Notes under the pieces: model-generated
Databases searched by the model: none
What the model was told of the DNA's origin: nothing
Seen by the model: only the letters and a program-made list of their open reading frames with translations
Made by a program: the position numbers and the translations under genes
Source: Elusimicrobiota bacterium
GTDB lineage: Bacteria; Elusimicrobiota; Elusimicrobia; JACQJP01
NCBI GenBank assembly: GCA_016204975.1
Contig: JACQJP010000014.1
Coordinates: 1-61,492 of the forward strand
Length of the DNA stretch: 61,492 bases
Direction of reading: 5' to 3'
In this document: positions 1 through 10,121 of the stretch, piece by piece
Layout of the letters: every line of letters starts with the position of its first letter
Numbering within the stretch: position 1 is the stretch's first letter

Positions 1-6
1 ATTTTA

Positions 7-27
7 TACATTACTATATGTAATGTA
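7..27. promoter_or_regulatory. Inverted repeat, probable operator of the adjacent XRE regulator
   Basis: TACATTAC-N5-GTAATGTA, perfect 8-bp arms directly upstream of the HTH gene. Confidence 0.5.
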
Positions 28-33
28 AATAAT

Positions 34-279
34 ATGCCTATTAAAAAATTGAAGATCATGAATCGCCTACGGGTTCTCCGTGCCGAGCGAGAGATCTCTC
101 AGGAAGAGCTGGCGCATAAGGTGGGGGTTACCCGCGTGACGATTAACTGTATCGAGAATGGAGTCTATTTACCCAGTCTTGAATTAGGTTTCGCGATAGC
201 GAGATTTTTTGGCAAATCTGTCGAGGAAGTCTTTATTGTGGAGGAGTCCCATGAAAAACGTCCTATTAAAATTGCATAA
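34..279 (+). CDS. XRE-family helix-turn-helix transcriptional regulator (start may be ATG 58)
   Basis: NRLRVLRAEREISQEELAHKVGVTRVTINCIENGVYLPSLELGFAIARFFG is a classic HTH_3 pattern. Confidence 0.9.
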   Translation: MPIKKLKIMNRLRVLRAEREISQEELAHKVGVTRVTINCIENGVYLPSLELGFAIARFFGKSVEEVFIVEESHEKRPIKIA

Positions 280-853
280 GATTGTGGTCCGTTACGCACT
301 CTTCTTTGCGCCAGGCTTCATCGCGTTCTATACGTACTGGCTCACTAGATATGGCGACAAAGTTCCCGAAGGTGGATTCATTGGCTTCATTAATACTTTT
401 TGCTTCATATGGATACTGAGTCTGGCTTATGTCTTTCTAGCCCTCCTGTTTTATAAAGACTTCCGAGAAACTCTTCTGGCACGTTTGGCGGGATTTAAGG
501 AAAGCGATGAACGCGAACGGATCGTTACTTCAAATGCGGCACGGACAACTTTCTTAATGACCCTCGCTATTCAAATAGTCCTATTGATAATAAGCCTGAC
601 GAATGTCCACCTAGTCCGCAATCCCGATGGCCATGGAGTTCTTAGCGTAGGATTGGGGTTTAGTTCGGATCAATTCGATATCTACGCTTTGCCTTCAAAT
701 CGATCGGCAAGATCAGCGCCACTTGGCAGTGTAGAGGTGGGAGGAAATCTCTTGCCGCCCAATATCAGCCCGATTTTGATGCTCCTCCTACTCGTCCAAA
801 TCGGCATATTCAAATTGGTCTCAAGACGACATTATGAGGGGATTGATAATTAG
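251..853 (+). CDS. Membrane protein, typical partner of small XRE regulators
   Basis: GAGGAG RBS at 241-246 before ATG 251; several hydrophobic helices; DERE motif. Confidence 0.7.
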   Translation: MKNVLLKLHKIVVRYALFFAPGFIAFYTYWLTRYGDKVPEGGFIGFINTFCFIWILSLAYVFLALLFYKDFRETLLARLAGFKESDERERIVTSNAARTTFLMTLAIQIVLLIISLTNVHLVRNPDGHGVLSVGLGFSSDQFDIYALPSNRSARSAPLGSVEVGGNLLPPNISPILMLLLLVQIGIFKLVSRRHYEGIDN

Positions 854-1193
854 CCTCCTGACCCTGGCCTGCCTACCTCATATCGTGGAGGCAGAATCAG
901 AAGACAGACACTTTCCAGGTCCCAGACATCAGTCCTCGTTCTACTCTGGTTTGGCTGGGCCGGAATCATTATCGAAACAATGCGCAGGCTCTAAACTTTC
1001 TTTGGATTGCGGTATGCGGCCATATCGCTGGATCGAGTTCAAATCGGCAGATCAGCGTTATCAACAAAACGCCTTTACTATACGCTTCGGAAATTCTAAT
1101 CAGAATTCTCCCTCCAAAATTGAAGTCCAAGTCGGCAACTTCCTCAGTAAGGCACTGTTCATAGCTGCCGTAGTCGTCACTTTCCTTCTCTGA
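834..1193 (+). CDS. Hypothetical protein with signal peptide (possibly a fragment)
   Basis: Signal-peptide-like N-terminus, overlaps upstream gene end; no recognisable domain. Confidence 0.35.
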   Translation: MRGLIISLLTLACLPHIVEAESEDRHFPGPRHQSSFYSGLAGPESLSKQCAGSKLSLDCGMRPYRWIEFKSADQRYQQNAFTIRFGNSNQNSPSKIEVQVGNFLSKALFIAAVVVTFLL

Positions 1194-1209
1194 AGATACC
1201 ACGAAGAAA

Positions 1210-2307
1210 ATGAAAATTAGCGTCTTGCTCCTCACCTGCCTGTTAAGCGGGCCTTGGGCTGGGTGGGGATGTACACCGGAGTTTCCATATCATCAGGGGT
1301 GGCTTGGGGGCGACGTTGCTTACTCAATTCTCCTGTCTGACCAAAAATCCATCTGGCTGTTCGGCGATACATTTGTCGGATCTGAAGATCAAAAAATAAG
1401 AAGTGGATCAAAAATGGTCTCTAACACGGTTGGTGTGTCTACTTGTGATGGCGGGAAGTGGTCTATCCGCTACTACTGGAACGATCAAGACTCCAAGGAA
1501 CCGCGAGCTTTTTTCGATTCGGGGAGCCAAGAATATCGCTTTTGGCCATTGGATGGATTCATCCGTAACGAAACCCTTTACGTAGCCATGATTCAGGTTC
1601 GCAATAAGTCGGAAGGAGGCCAATTCGGGTTTGAGCACGTCGGGGTAAAACTGGCCTCTATATCTAACCCTTCCGCCCCGCCTAATCAGTGGAAAGTGAA
1701 ATACCTAGACCTGATTTCAGGACTCGTCGCATTCCCGGGTGTTTCCATCATTAAAAAAGGTGATTATGTTTATCTATACACTGTTTTGGACGATGATGCT
1801 CATAAGCATCACCCCATGATTCTTACCCGCATTCTCCTAAAACGCTTACAGCAACCTAAGGAGAACATCGAATACCTTGCCAAGGATGGCCGATGGAGGC
1901 CGGGAGTTGGATGGGAGGATGCAAAAGTAATCATGGAGAAAGGCTCCACCGAGATGAGCGTTCGTTTCCATCCTAAACTAAAAAGGTGGATTGCAGTTTA
2001 TGGAAAGCCGGAATTCCTCAGTAATGAGGTCATTCTACGAACCGCCCCCAGCTTCATGGGCCCCTGGTCTCCCCTGAAGACAATTTACAGAATTCCCGAA
2101 ATGAATCCGGAGAATGCCGGCCATGATAAAGACACCTTTTGCTACGCGTCCAAGGAGCATGTGGAATTTGGAGAGGATTCTGCAAAAACTCTGACCTTGA
2201 CTTATGTCTGTAATTCCTTTGACTTTGGCAAGCAAGTGGAAAATATGAGGATTTACTTTCCTCAGACCGTGACCCTGGAAATTCCCAAGAGTTTAGATAT
2301 GGAGTGA
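1210..2307 (+). CDS. Secreted DUF4185/DUF5005-like beta-propeller protein
   Basis: Signal peptide; GWLGGDVAYS, WLFGDTF, APSFMGPWS and YASKEH motifs. Confidence 0.7.
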   Translation: MKISVLLLTCLLSGPWAGWGCTPEFPYHQGWLGGDVAYSILLSDQKSIWLFGDTFVGSEDQKIRSGSKMVSNTVGVSTCDGGKWSIRYYWNDQDSKEPRAFFDSGSQEYRFWPLDGFIRNETLYVAMIQVRNKSEGGQFGFEHVGVKLASISNPSAPPNQWKVKYLDLISGLVAFPGVSIIKKGDYVYLYTVLDDDAHKHHPMILTRILLKRLQQPKENIEYLAKDGRWRPGVGWEDAKVIMEKGSTEMSVRFHPKLKRWIAVYGKPEFLSNEVILRTAPSFMGPWSPLKTIYRIPEMNPENAGHDKDTFCYASKEHVEFGEDSAKTLTLTYVCNSFDFGKQVENMRIYFPQTVTLEIPKSLDME

Positions 2308-2419
2308 GTGTCGCGGTTCAAAGTCATCTATTCGGCGCCGTAAAGATTTTTACCGACCACGCGCCGGAAGATTTTATGGATTTTCGGATAAGGACAGCCC
2401 GGCGGGAAACCCGCTGCGT

Positions 2420-3238
2420 TTAAGAGCCTCGCAAGATGAATTCACACGCGCCGTCAGCGAATTCTTTCGGCTCCTCCACATAAATAAAATGCCCGCTATT
2501 CTCGAACCAGCGCACAGGAATATTTAGCGCCCGACTGGCCGCTTCGATGTTGGTCGGGCCGATCACGTTGCTTCGCCGGCCGGCAAAAATGATTCCCGGG
2601 ACGGTCAAAGGCTTCATCAGCTCTGAATGAGGAGAGTCCACGTAATGATCTTTAATGTACCTCTCCACGACAGAACTTGAATCGCAGGCCCTGAGACCCG
2701 ATTCCTCATCCCAGCGTTCGTTGCGGTTCTGTCCGGCTGACGTTGCATAGTGGAGTTGTCGCTGTAAAGCGAGACGTCCCAGCAATGAATATGCTGCTTC
2801 GATCTTTTGGAAAGGAGGGCTGCTGCTCTCGGACAGAGCCTTCAGCTTGGCCGCATTCTTGGGGAAAGCTGTCGGGCCAAACTGCGCCAAGGTGGCGATC
2901 TGGTGGCTCAAGGCGGAGGCAATATCGGCCAGGCCATCAACTAATATTACTGAACCTACGTGATCTGGATATGTCTTGACGTACTCTAATGCTACGAGCG
3001 CACCGAAAGAATGTCCGATGAGACTGAGCCTCGCGACGCCTAAATGCTTTCGCAGTCTCTCAACATCCTCAATAGTGGGATTTATTCCGAGTTTTTCTTG
3101 ATGTCCATCGAACTGAGATCGTCCGGAGCCGCGCTGATCCAAGTAGACCATGCGCAGCTGCGGCGCAAGCAGTGCACCTACCGACTTCTCGAAGGCGTAG
3201 GAATTATAGCCGGGGCCTCCATGTAAGTACATTGTCAT
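2420..3238 (-). CDS. Alpha/beta hydrolase (proline iminopeptidase-like), apparently N-terminally truncated
   Basis: LHGGPG, DQRGSGRS, GHSFG nucleophile elbow, SGHF catalytic His; ORF starts immediately before the HGGPG strand. Confidence 0.8.
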   Translation of the reverse strand: MTMYLHGGPGYNSYAFEKSVGALLAPQLRMVYLDQRGSGRSQFDGHQEKLGINPTIEDVERLRKHLGVARLSLIGHSFGALVALEYVKTYPDHVGSVILVDGLADIASALSHQIATLAQFGPTAFPKNAAKLKALSESSSPPFQKIEAAYSLLGRLALQRQLHYATSAGQNRNERWDEESGLRACDSSSVVERYIKDHYVDSPHSELMKPLTVPGIIFAGRRSNVIGPTNIEAASRALNIPVRWFENSGHFIYVEEPKEFADGACEFILRGS

Positions 3239-3271
3239 GACCTTCCCCCAACTTCTGATCCAGCCGGAATG

Positions 3272-4138
3272 TTAGTCCCGCATCCGAGCCATCGCCTTGA
3301 CCAACTCCTCTCTCATTGTCTCTCGGTCCGCTTGAAAGCGATAGCCATGCCCGGGAAGCACCCACGTGAAGGGCTCATCCAGAAGTTTTTCTACTGACCC
3401 AATCTGGGCTTCCCAAGAATATTGGTTGTAGAGCCGGGAAGTATCCAGCCCACCGACCTCTTTGCGCCAAAACAGGTGATCTCCGGTAAAGAGGAATGTG
3501 TCGCGGTAGAGTATGACGATATGTCCCCTGGTATGGCCTGGTGTAGCGATGAGTTTAAGATCGGGAGTTAACTGCCACGGCCCATCGCCCTTAAGCGGCT
3601 GTTCTGCGTCTTTGAGCGAGCCGCCAGTGTCGGCTGCATGAATCACGCGCTGGCAACCGAAATGCCGGCGAAATCGCTCATGATCGGCCACGTCGTCCTG
3701 GTGGGTCAGGATCATATATCTGATCCCGCCCAATTTTTCCAATTTGTTGACAAGAGATCCGGCAAATCGCGGAGAGTCGATAAGCACGTTCCCATCAGCC
3801 CGCGAGATAAAATAGCTTTGCGCGCCGTACGAATCCCTCGAAGCGAAGCCGCACCAATAGACGGCTTCGGCGATCGGATCGGGCAGAGCTTCGACCGCCA
3901 GCTGGGTATTGACATGCGCCCGGTTGCCTACCGAGCCTGCCGGACAAGAAACGAGAGCCATTAGAGCTTTGGTTCGTTCTTCATCCGAGGCCGGTTGACG
4001 AACGACTACAGCTTGCTCAGGCGCATCTCCGAAGGTAGCAGGTGCTATTTGTCGGCAGATAGGGCAATCGATGCACGTAGTGTCCACATAGAAATCACCG
4101 GGAACATTGGCCGCGTGGGCGAGGTGTGGATTGGCCAT
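3272..4138 (-). CDS. Ferredoxin-fused MBL-fold metallo-hydrolase
   Basis: N-terminal CIDCPIC...SCP Fe-S motif; THQDDVADH, PGHTRG, TGDHL, LPGHG. Confidence 0.88.
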   Translation of the reverse strand: MANPHLAHAANVPGDFYVDTTCIDCPICRQIAPATFGDAPEQAVVVRQPASDEERTKALMALVSCPAGSVGNRAHVNTQLAVEALPDPIAEAVYWCGFASRDSYGAQSYFISRADGNVLIDSPRFAGSLVNKLEKLGGIRYMILTHQDDVADHERFRRHFGCQRVIHAADTGGSLKDAEQPLKGDGPWQLTPDLKLIATPGHTRGHIVILYRDTFLFTGDHLFWRKEVGGLDTSRLYNQYSWEAQIGSVEKLLDEPFTWVLPGHGYRFQADRETMREELVKAMARMRD

Positions 4139-4151
4139 AGATCACACCAGG

Positions 4152-4589
4152 CTACTTCTCATCCTTCGCCATAACTACAGCATCCGCCTCGATCTCGATC
4201 AGCATCTCGGGATCAATGAGGCGACGAACCTCCACCATGGTCGTGGCGGGTCGGTTCTCTCCGAAGAACTCCCTATGTGCCTTGCCAAACTCAGGCCAGC
4301 GGCTGATGTCAGTCACGAACATCCTTGTTCGGACGATGTGGCCCCGATCGCAGCCGAGGTCCTTGAGGGCCTTCTCGATGATCTCAAGGCACCGTTTGGC
4401 CTGGGCATATCCGTCGCCAGGCGCGAACACGCCTCCTCCATCGGCGACCGGCGCAGTACCTGTGACATAGATATGGTCACCTGCGCGGATGGCACGGCAG
4501 TAGCCCACCTCGGTTTCCCAGGGCGCCTTGGAGTATGTCCGCGCGAACTCGATAGAGTGGGGTTGCGAGGAACCCTTGCCGTTACTCAT
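4152..4589 (-). CDS. RidA/YjgF family protein
   Basis: WETEVGYCRA, VRTRMFVTDI, RPATTMVEV, LIEIEADA. Confidence 0.9.
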   Translation of the reverse strand: MSNGKGSSQPHSIEFARTYSKAPWETEVGYCRAIRAGDHIYVTGTAPVADGGGVFAPGDGYAQAKRCLEIIEKALKDLGCDRGHIVRTRMFVTDISRWPEFGKAHREFFGENRPATTMVEVRRLIDPEMLIEIEADAVVMAKDEK

Positions 4590-4642
4590 CTTCGATATGG
4601 TTGCAGCCGGGACATGAGAAGCCTCAAAAATTCATCTTTCTC

Positions 4643-5365
4643 CTACTCCCGGGAAAGGAACTGCTCCAACTCAATCCTCAGAGCTCCCGGACCAAGAAGA
4701 TAAGCGGCCCGAACTCCATAGGGTTTATCGTTGCAGACCTCGGATGAAACGGCACCGCGATCTACCAGCCGTTTGTGATCGGTATCGCAGTTTTTAGTGG
4801 GAAATCCTAGGGTGAGGGCGGAGTCCTTTCCCTTTTCTTCCAGGAACACTCCCAGCGCACCTATCTGGAAGCGCGCCGCCCCTGGATAGGGGTAGGCCAG
4901 CTGTAGTCCCATAACCTTCTCAAACCATGCGGCAGCCTTCTTCAGGTCCCGGACCCCCACATGGACATGGGAGACCTGCCACTCATTCTGCTTGAGGGCC
5001 GGGCCTGCCGATCGGGAAGGCGCGGGTAAGATAAATAGGCTCATAAGGACAGCGAAGATGACGTGGCCTTTGGGGTGGCCCCACCAGGAGCCAGCTATCG
5101 GATTTCCGGCCGCCAACGTGGTCACGCTGGGCAGCTTGGTATCCGCTTTCAGGAGAAAACCGGTGCGGCGCAACTGTCGGAGGGCGGCTTGGAGCGAAAC
5201 ATTCGCCTTCGGGGCAAGCCATTTTTCAAGAGCTTCGCGTTCAGTCCACGTTTCCCAAACCTCTCCAACAGGTGCTTTTATTTGGATTTTACATGTATAC
5301 GCCATAAGGTTTTTTCCCTCCCTATGATATGTATCTTCATTTCCTTGTCGGACCAATTCCACCAC
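4643..5365 (-). CDS. VOC (glyoxalase-like) protein with chimeric N-terminal fragments
   Basis: C-terminal VSHVHVGVRDLKKAAAWF...KPYGVRAAYLLGPGALRIEL; upstream part resembles pieces of other genes; true start uncertain. Confidence 0.6.
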   Translation of the reverse strand: MVELVRQGNEDTYHREGKNLMAYTCKIQIKAPVGEVWETWTEREALEKWLAPKANVSLQAALRQLRRTGFLLKADTKLPSVTTLAAGNPIAGSWWGHPKGHVIFAVLMSLFILPAPSRSAGPALKQNEWQVSHVHVGVRDLKKAAAWFEKVMGLQLAYPYPGAARFQIGALGVFLEEKGKDSALTLGFPTKNCDTDHKRLVDRGAVSSEVCNDKPYGVRAAYLLGPGALRIELEQFLSRE

Positions 5366-5531
5366 CTTAACAGTCCTAGGTTTGGCTGCTTTCCTAGTTT
5401 TCTCTTGATCCTATGGTGACTGATTTTACAATTTTTGGTCGGGTGGGAGACTGGTCACCTAGCCTGTGCGCAGCGGTGTCGGTTATGATAAAATGCGCAC
5501 AGTACCATAGAAAACGGGAGGAGAAAATCCC

Positions 5532-6272
5532 ATGATGCGATCCGGAAATCCTGCCTTAACATCTGACACCTTTGCCATGGAGGGGGCCGTCAGCCCAGAT
5601 CAGGCGATGACCATCCAGGGCACGGTGAACAAAACCGCCATCACCCTGTTGATTGCCCTCGCCGCCGCCTCCTACGTGTGGAACCAGTTTTTCTCCGGCG
5701 CTCCGGTGCACGCCTACATCATGCTGGGCGTCTTCGGGGGGCTCGTCGCGGCGATGGTGACCATCTTCAAGAAAACCGCCGCTCCCTATACTACGCCCAT
5801 CTACGGCGCCTTGGAAGGACTCTTCCTGGGAGGGCTCTCCGCCACCCTGGAGATGCAGTATCCCGGCGTCGTCATCCAGGCGGTGATGCTGACCTTTGGG
5901 ACCCTCTTCGCCCTCCTGGCGGCCTACAAATCCAGGCTGATTGAAGTCACCCAAAACCTCCGCCTGGGAATCGCCGCGGCTACCGGGGGAATCTTCCTGG
6001 CCTACATGGCCAATATGTTCATGGGGTTTTTCGGCATCCAAATCCCCTTCATCCACGGAAGCGGAACCATCGGGATACTGTTTAGCCTGTTTGTGGTGGG
6101 CATCGCCGCCTTCAACCTGGTCTTGGACTTTGATTTCATCGAACGGGGAGCAGAAGTCGGCGCCCCAAAATACATGGAGTGGTACGGCGCCTTTGGGCTG
6201 ACCGTCACCCTGATTTGGCTTTACATAGAAATCCTCCGCCTGCTCGTTAAACTCCGGCAGAGAAGGGCCTAA
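5532..6272 (+). CDS. Bax inhibitor-1/YccA family membrane protein
   Basis: MRSGNP, MTIQGTVNKT, LVLDFDFIE, APKYMEWYGAFGLTVTLIWLYIEILRLL; GGAGG RBS. Confidence 0.92.
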   Translation: MMRSGNPALTSDTFAMEGAVSPDQAMTIQGTVNKTAITLLIALAAASYVWNQFFSGAPVHAYIMLGVFGGLVAAMVTIFKKTAAPYTTPIYGALEGLFLGGLSATLEMQYPGVVIQAVMLTFGTLFALLAAYKSRLIEVTQNLRLGIAAATGGIFLAYMANMFMGFFGIQIPFIHGSGTIGILFSLFVVGIAAFNLVLDFDFIERGAEVGAPKYMEWYGAFGLTVTLIWLYIEILRLLVKLRQRRA

Positions 6273-6285
6273 TCTTTGGAAGGCC

Positions 6286-7593
6286 ATGCCTAAAAACAGC
6301 TCCGCGACACCGCTGATCAAGCGCTTCATCGACGTGGACGCCCAGCAGGCGGCCATCGCCTTAGAGGGGCTCCAGGAGCAGGACGCCTCCGCCATCATCA
6401 GACACCTTCCCCACGGGGCCGCTGCCGCCTGCCTGCAGCATGTGCAACCGGTGTTCGCCGCAAGCGTCCTGGAACAGCTGCTGCCGGAGCCCGCCAGCTC
6501 CATTCTGGAGACGCTCAGCCCAGATCACGTCGCGGACATCTTTCGCTCCTTTTCCATCGAAGCTAAAACGGCCCTCCTGGAGAGCCTGGCTCCGGAGCGC
6601 AAGAAGGAAATCCAGGAGTTACTCTCCTATCCGGAAGACAGCGCCGGGCGGCTCATGCGCACGGACCTTCTGGCTTTTTACAAGGACCTCACGGTGCGGG
6701 AGGTGATTCATCGCATGCGTTCCGTCGCCTCCAAACGCGCCTCCACATATACCTACGTGGTGGGACCGGAAAACAAACTGGTCGGGGTCCTCAACATGCG
6801 GGACCTTTTGCTGGCTGACTCCGAGGCGCCCATTGAAACCGTTATGCGGCGGGACGTGGTCGCCGTCCCCCCCTTTACCGACCGAGAGGAGCTGGTACAT
6901 CTGGCTCACGACAAGCATTTCATCTCCATTCCCGTCGTAGACGGACAGGGCAAACTGATCGGCGCGGTCAAATCGGAAGACATGCTGGAGTTCAGCGAAA
7001 AAGAGGCTACCGAAGATCTGCACCTCCTGTTCGGAGCCAGCCCTGAGGAACGCCCCTTCTCCCCACTCCTGTTCAAGGTGACCAAACGCCTTCCTTGGCT
7101 GCACGTCAATCTGGTGACCGCCTTCCTCGCCGCCTCGGTGGTCGCGCTGTTTCAGGACCTCATCGGCCGCATCGCGGTGCTGGCCGTTTTCCTGCCCATT
7201 GTGGCCGGCCAGGGCGGCAACGCCGGAATCCAGTCCCTGACCGTGATCCTGCGGGGTCTGGTGCTGCGAGACATCCGCCCCAAAGACGCCAGGCGCCTGA
7301 TTCTGATGGAGATCGGGACAGGCCTAGTCAACGGGGTGCTGATCGGTTTGGTGACGGGCTGCGGAGCCTGGCTCTGGAGAGGCAATCCGTTCTTAGGCGT
7401 GGTGATCGGTCTGGCGATGGTCGTCAACTTGGTGGCGGCGGGACTGGCGGGGGCGGCCATCCCCTTGGCAATGAAGCGCCTGGGTTTTGATCCGGCTCAA
7501 TCTTCCGGAATCTTTCTGACCACGGTCACCGATGTCGTGGGGTTTTTTTCCTTTCTGGCCTTCGCCGCCCTCTTCGAGTCCAAACTGCTGTAG
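6286..7593 (+). CDS. mgtE: Magnesium transporter MgtE
   Basis: YPEDSAGRLM, CBS pair, RLPWL, GGNAGIQ, DPAQSSGIFLTTVTDVVG. Confidence 0.95.
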   Translation: MPKNSSATPLIKRFIDVDAQQAAIALEGLQEQDASAIIRHLPHGAAAACLQHVQPVFAASVLEQLLPEPASSILETLSPDHVADIFRSFSIEAKTALLESLAPERKKEIQELLSYPEDSAGRLMRTDLLAFYKDLTVREVIHRMRSVASKRASTYTYVVGPENKLVGVLNMRDLLLADSEAPIETVMRRDVVAVPPFTDREELVHLAHDKHFISIPVVDGQGKLIGAVKSEDMLEFSEKEATEDLHLLFGASPEERPFSPLLFKVTKRLPWLHVNLVTAFLAASVVALFQDLIGRIAVLAVFLPIVAGQGGNAGIQSLTVILRGLVLRDIRPKDARRLILMEIGTGLVNGVLIGLVTGCGAWLWRGNPFLGVVIGLAMVVNLVAAGLAGAAIPLAMKRLGFDPAQSSGIFLTTVTDVVGFFSFLAFAALFESKLL

Positions 7594-7597
7594 TGCG

Positions 7598-9535
7598 TCA
7601 GGCGGAGCTCTTCAAAAACAGCGCCGACAAAGGCGGCAGCGTGAGATTCAAAGAATAGGGGCGCCCATGGAAGGGCACCGGATCCGCCTCCACTCCTCCG
7701 CAATTTCCCAAGCCGCTCCCGCCGTAGTTCGAGGCGTCGCTGTTTAAAACCTCCTTCCAGAAGCCTCGCCGCCTCACTCCGATCCGATAGTTCTTGCGCG
7801 CGACGGGGGTAAGGTTAAAAACGGCCAGCACGATGTCCGCAGTGGATTTTGCTCGGCGGGTAAAACTCAAGATGCTGTGGTCGGAGTCCTGCGCGTCCAC
7901 CCATTCAAATCCACCGGGGTTGAAATCCAACTCGTGCATGGCCGGCTCGGCCCGATAGAGGCGATTTAAGTCCGAGACCCAGCGCTGAAGTCCTTGATGC
8001 GGCGCATACTGCAAAAGGTGCCACTCGAGACTTTCATCATGTTTCCACTCCCCCCACTGGCCGAATTCCCCCCCCATAAAAAGAAGCTTCTTGCCCGGCT
8101 GAGCATACTGGTACCCGAAAAGGGCCCTGAGGCCGGCGAACTTCTGCCGGTCATCCCCCGGCATCTTCGACAGCAGCGCCCCCTTTCCATGGACCACCTC
8201 GTCATGAGACAGAGGCAGAATAAAATTTTCATGAAAGGCGTAGAGCATGCGGAAGGTGAGGGCGCCTTGGTGATATTTGCGGTGAATGGGTTCCTTCACA
8301 AAATACTCCAGGGTGTCGTGCATCCAGCCCATGTCCCACTTCAGACCAAATCCCAACCCCCCTACGTGGGTCGGCTTGGAAACCATGGGCCAGGCGGTGG
8401 ACTCCTCAGCGATGGTCTGGGTGTCCGGAAAATTCTTATAGGTCTCCACGTTGAGACGGCGAAGGAAATCAATGGCCTCTAAATTCTCGCGGCCGCCGTA
8501 GGCGTTGGGTATCCACTCTCCTTCCCCGCGGGAGTAGTCCAGATAAAGCATGGAGGCCACGGCATCCACGCGCAGGCCGTCCGCATGGAATACATCCAGC
8601 CAATAGATGCCGCCGCTCAAAAGAAAGCTCCGGACCTCGTGGCGCCCATAGTTGAAGATGAAGCTGTTCCAGTCCGGATGAAAACCCTTTTTGGGATCGG
8701 AGTGCTCGTAGAGATGAGTGCCGTCAAAAAATCCGAGGGCGTGGCCGTCGGTCGGGAAGTGGGAGGGGACCCAATCCAAGATCACTCCGATTTGCCTCTG
8801 GTGCAAAAAATCAATCAAGTACATGAAATCCTGAGGTGTCCCATAGCGATGGGTGGGGGCGAAGTAGCCTGTGATCTGGTAGCCCCAGGAACCGTAGAAA
8901 GGATGCTCCATGACGGGCAGAAACTCCACATGGGTGAATCCCATCCTCTCAACATACTCCGCCAGAAGCGGCGCCAGCTCCCGATAGTTCAGGAAGCGGT
9001 TGCCCTCCTCAGGGACACGCCTCCAGGAGCCCAGATGGACCTCGTAAACGGAAACGGGAGCCTCCCCTGCATTGCTCCGGCCGCGCTCGGCCATCCATCG
9101 CCCGTCGCTCCAGGCGTAATCCAAATCCCAAACTACGGAGGCTGTCCGAGGCTCCGACTCCTGATAAAAGGCGAACGGATCGGCCTTGTCGGCGCGAAAA
9201 CCCGACTGCTGGGAGACGACGTGGTACTTGTAAAGAGCTCCGCGGCCCACCTCGGGGATGAAGCCTTCCCAAATACCGGACTGCCCCCGCGGGCGCAGGA
9301 AATGACTCTGAGTGTTCCAACCGTTGAAATCTCCCATCACCGAGACCTGCTTGGCGTTGGGAGACCAAACGGCGAAATAGGTGCCCTTCCGGCCCTCAAA
9401 ACTCATAAGATGGGCGCCCAGTTTCTCATACAGGCGAAGGTGGCTGCCCTCATTGAAAAGGTAGAGATCCTCCTCCGTCAACCGCGTCACCCCATAGAGG
9501 ACCTTCGACCTGGCTCCGACTTTAGAGATTCCCAT
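7598..9535 (-). CDS. glgB: 1,4-alpha-glucan branching enzyme
   Basis: YEVHLGSW, GSWGYQ, DWVPSHF, GLRVDAVASMLY, AEEST, LSHDEVVHGK. Confidence 0.97.
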   Translation of the reverse strand: MGISKVGARSKVLYGVTRLTEEDLYLFNEGSHLRLYEKLGAHLMSFEGRKGTYFAVWSPNAKQVSVMGDFNGWNTQSHFLRPRGQSGIWEGFIPEVGRGALYKYHVVSQQSGFRADKADPFAFYQESEPRTASVVWDLDYAWSDGRWMAERGRSNAGEAPVSVYEVHLGSWRRVPEEGNRFLNYRELAPLLAEYVERMGFTHVEFLPVMEHPFYGSWGYQITGYFAPTHRYGTPQDFMYLIDFLHQRQIGVILDWVPSHFPTDGHALGFFDGTHLYEHSDPKKGFHPDWNSFIFNYGRHEVRSFLLSGGIYWLDVFHADGLRVDAVASMLYLDYSRGEGEWIPNAYGGRENLEAIDFLRRLNVETYKNFPDTQTIAEESTAWPMVSKPTHVGGLGFGLKWDMGWMHDTLEYFVKEPIHRKYHQGALTFRMLYAFHENFILPLSHDEVVHGKGALLSKMPGDDRQKFAGLRALFGYQYAQPGKKLLFMGGEFGQWGEWKHDESLEWHLLQYAPHQGLQRWVSDLNRLYRAEPAMHELDFNPGGFEWVDAQDSDHSILSFTRRAKSTADIVLAVFNLTPVARKNYRIGVRRRGFWKEVLNSDASNYGGSGLGNCGGVEADPVPFHGRPYSLNLTLPPLSALFLKSSA

Positions 9536-9638
9536 GTAGCTCGGACGCCTCCTGTGTTCCTATGAATTGTAGTGGAGATGCGCTCAGAAGTCAATTATGC
9601 GGATGGACGCGCAGTGCGAAGAAAACTATACTGATGCC

Positions 9639-10121
9639 GTGAACAAAGAACTGCTGCTCTCCTACGGGAAACGCATGCACAATGCAGGATACCTCCGTGA
9701 GGCGGATGGAAATCTCTCCGTACGCTGCGCGGCAGGTGCCTCCCTCTACATCACCTCCGCCGGCAAAAACAAAGGGGCGCTACGGCTCTTCGAAATCGTG
9801 GAGGTCGGTTTGCATGGAAAAAGGAGCTCGGGGCACGAGGCTCCCTCCTCAGACCTTCCCATCCATCTAGCCATCTACCGAAGCTGCCCGAAATTCGGCG
9901 CGGTGCTACACGCCCATTCTCCCCGCGCGGTCCGACTGGCCCAATCGGAAGGCTCCGGGCCGGAGCTTCCCTGTGTGGAACAGCCCTCCCAGATACCTGC
10001 CCACATCGCCGCAAGCCGGGCGGTACTCCTCAAAAATCACGGGATCTATGTGGCTGGGAAGAACCTCGAAGAGGCCTGGCGCCTGCTGGAAAAAATCGAG
10101 CGGCCAACTGCGAAGACCTAA
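9639..10121 (+). CDS. Class II aldolase/adducin family protein
   Basis: GNLSVR, PSSD, H-x-H (LHAHSP), LLKNHG; GTG 9639 lies 6 nt after a TGGACG-17-TATACT promoter (leaderless start); ORF track starts at 9597. Confidence 0.85.
   Translation: MNKELLLSYGKRMHNAGYLREADGNLSVRCAAGASLYITSAGKNKGALRLFEIVEVGLHGKRSSGHEAPSSDLPIHLAIYRSCPKFGAVLHAHSPRAVRLAQSEGSGPELPCVEQPSQIPAHIAASRAVLLKNHGIYVAGKNLEEAWRLLEKIERPTAKT

Noticed and set aside
1-5400. Integron cassette array
   Set aside because: No attC-like elements between genes, mixed orientation and no integrase
5556-9565. Long antisense ORFs (5556-6503, 8585-9565; likewise 27743-28720, 30674-31600, 31431-32528, 42451-43356)
   Set aside because: Shadow frames of well-supported genes in GC-rich DNA with no recognisable motifs
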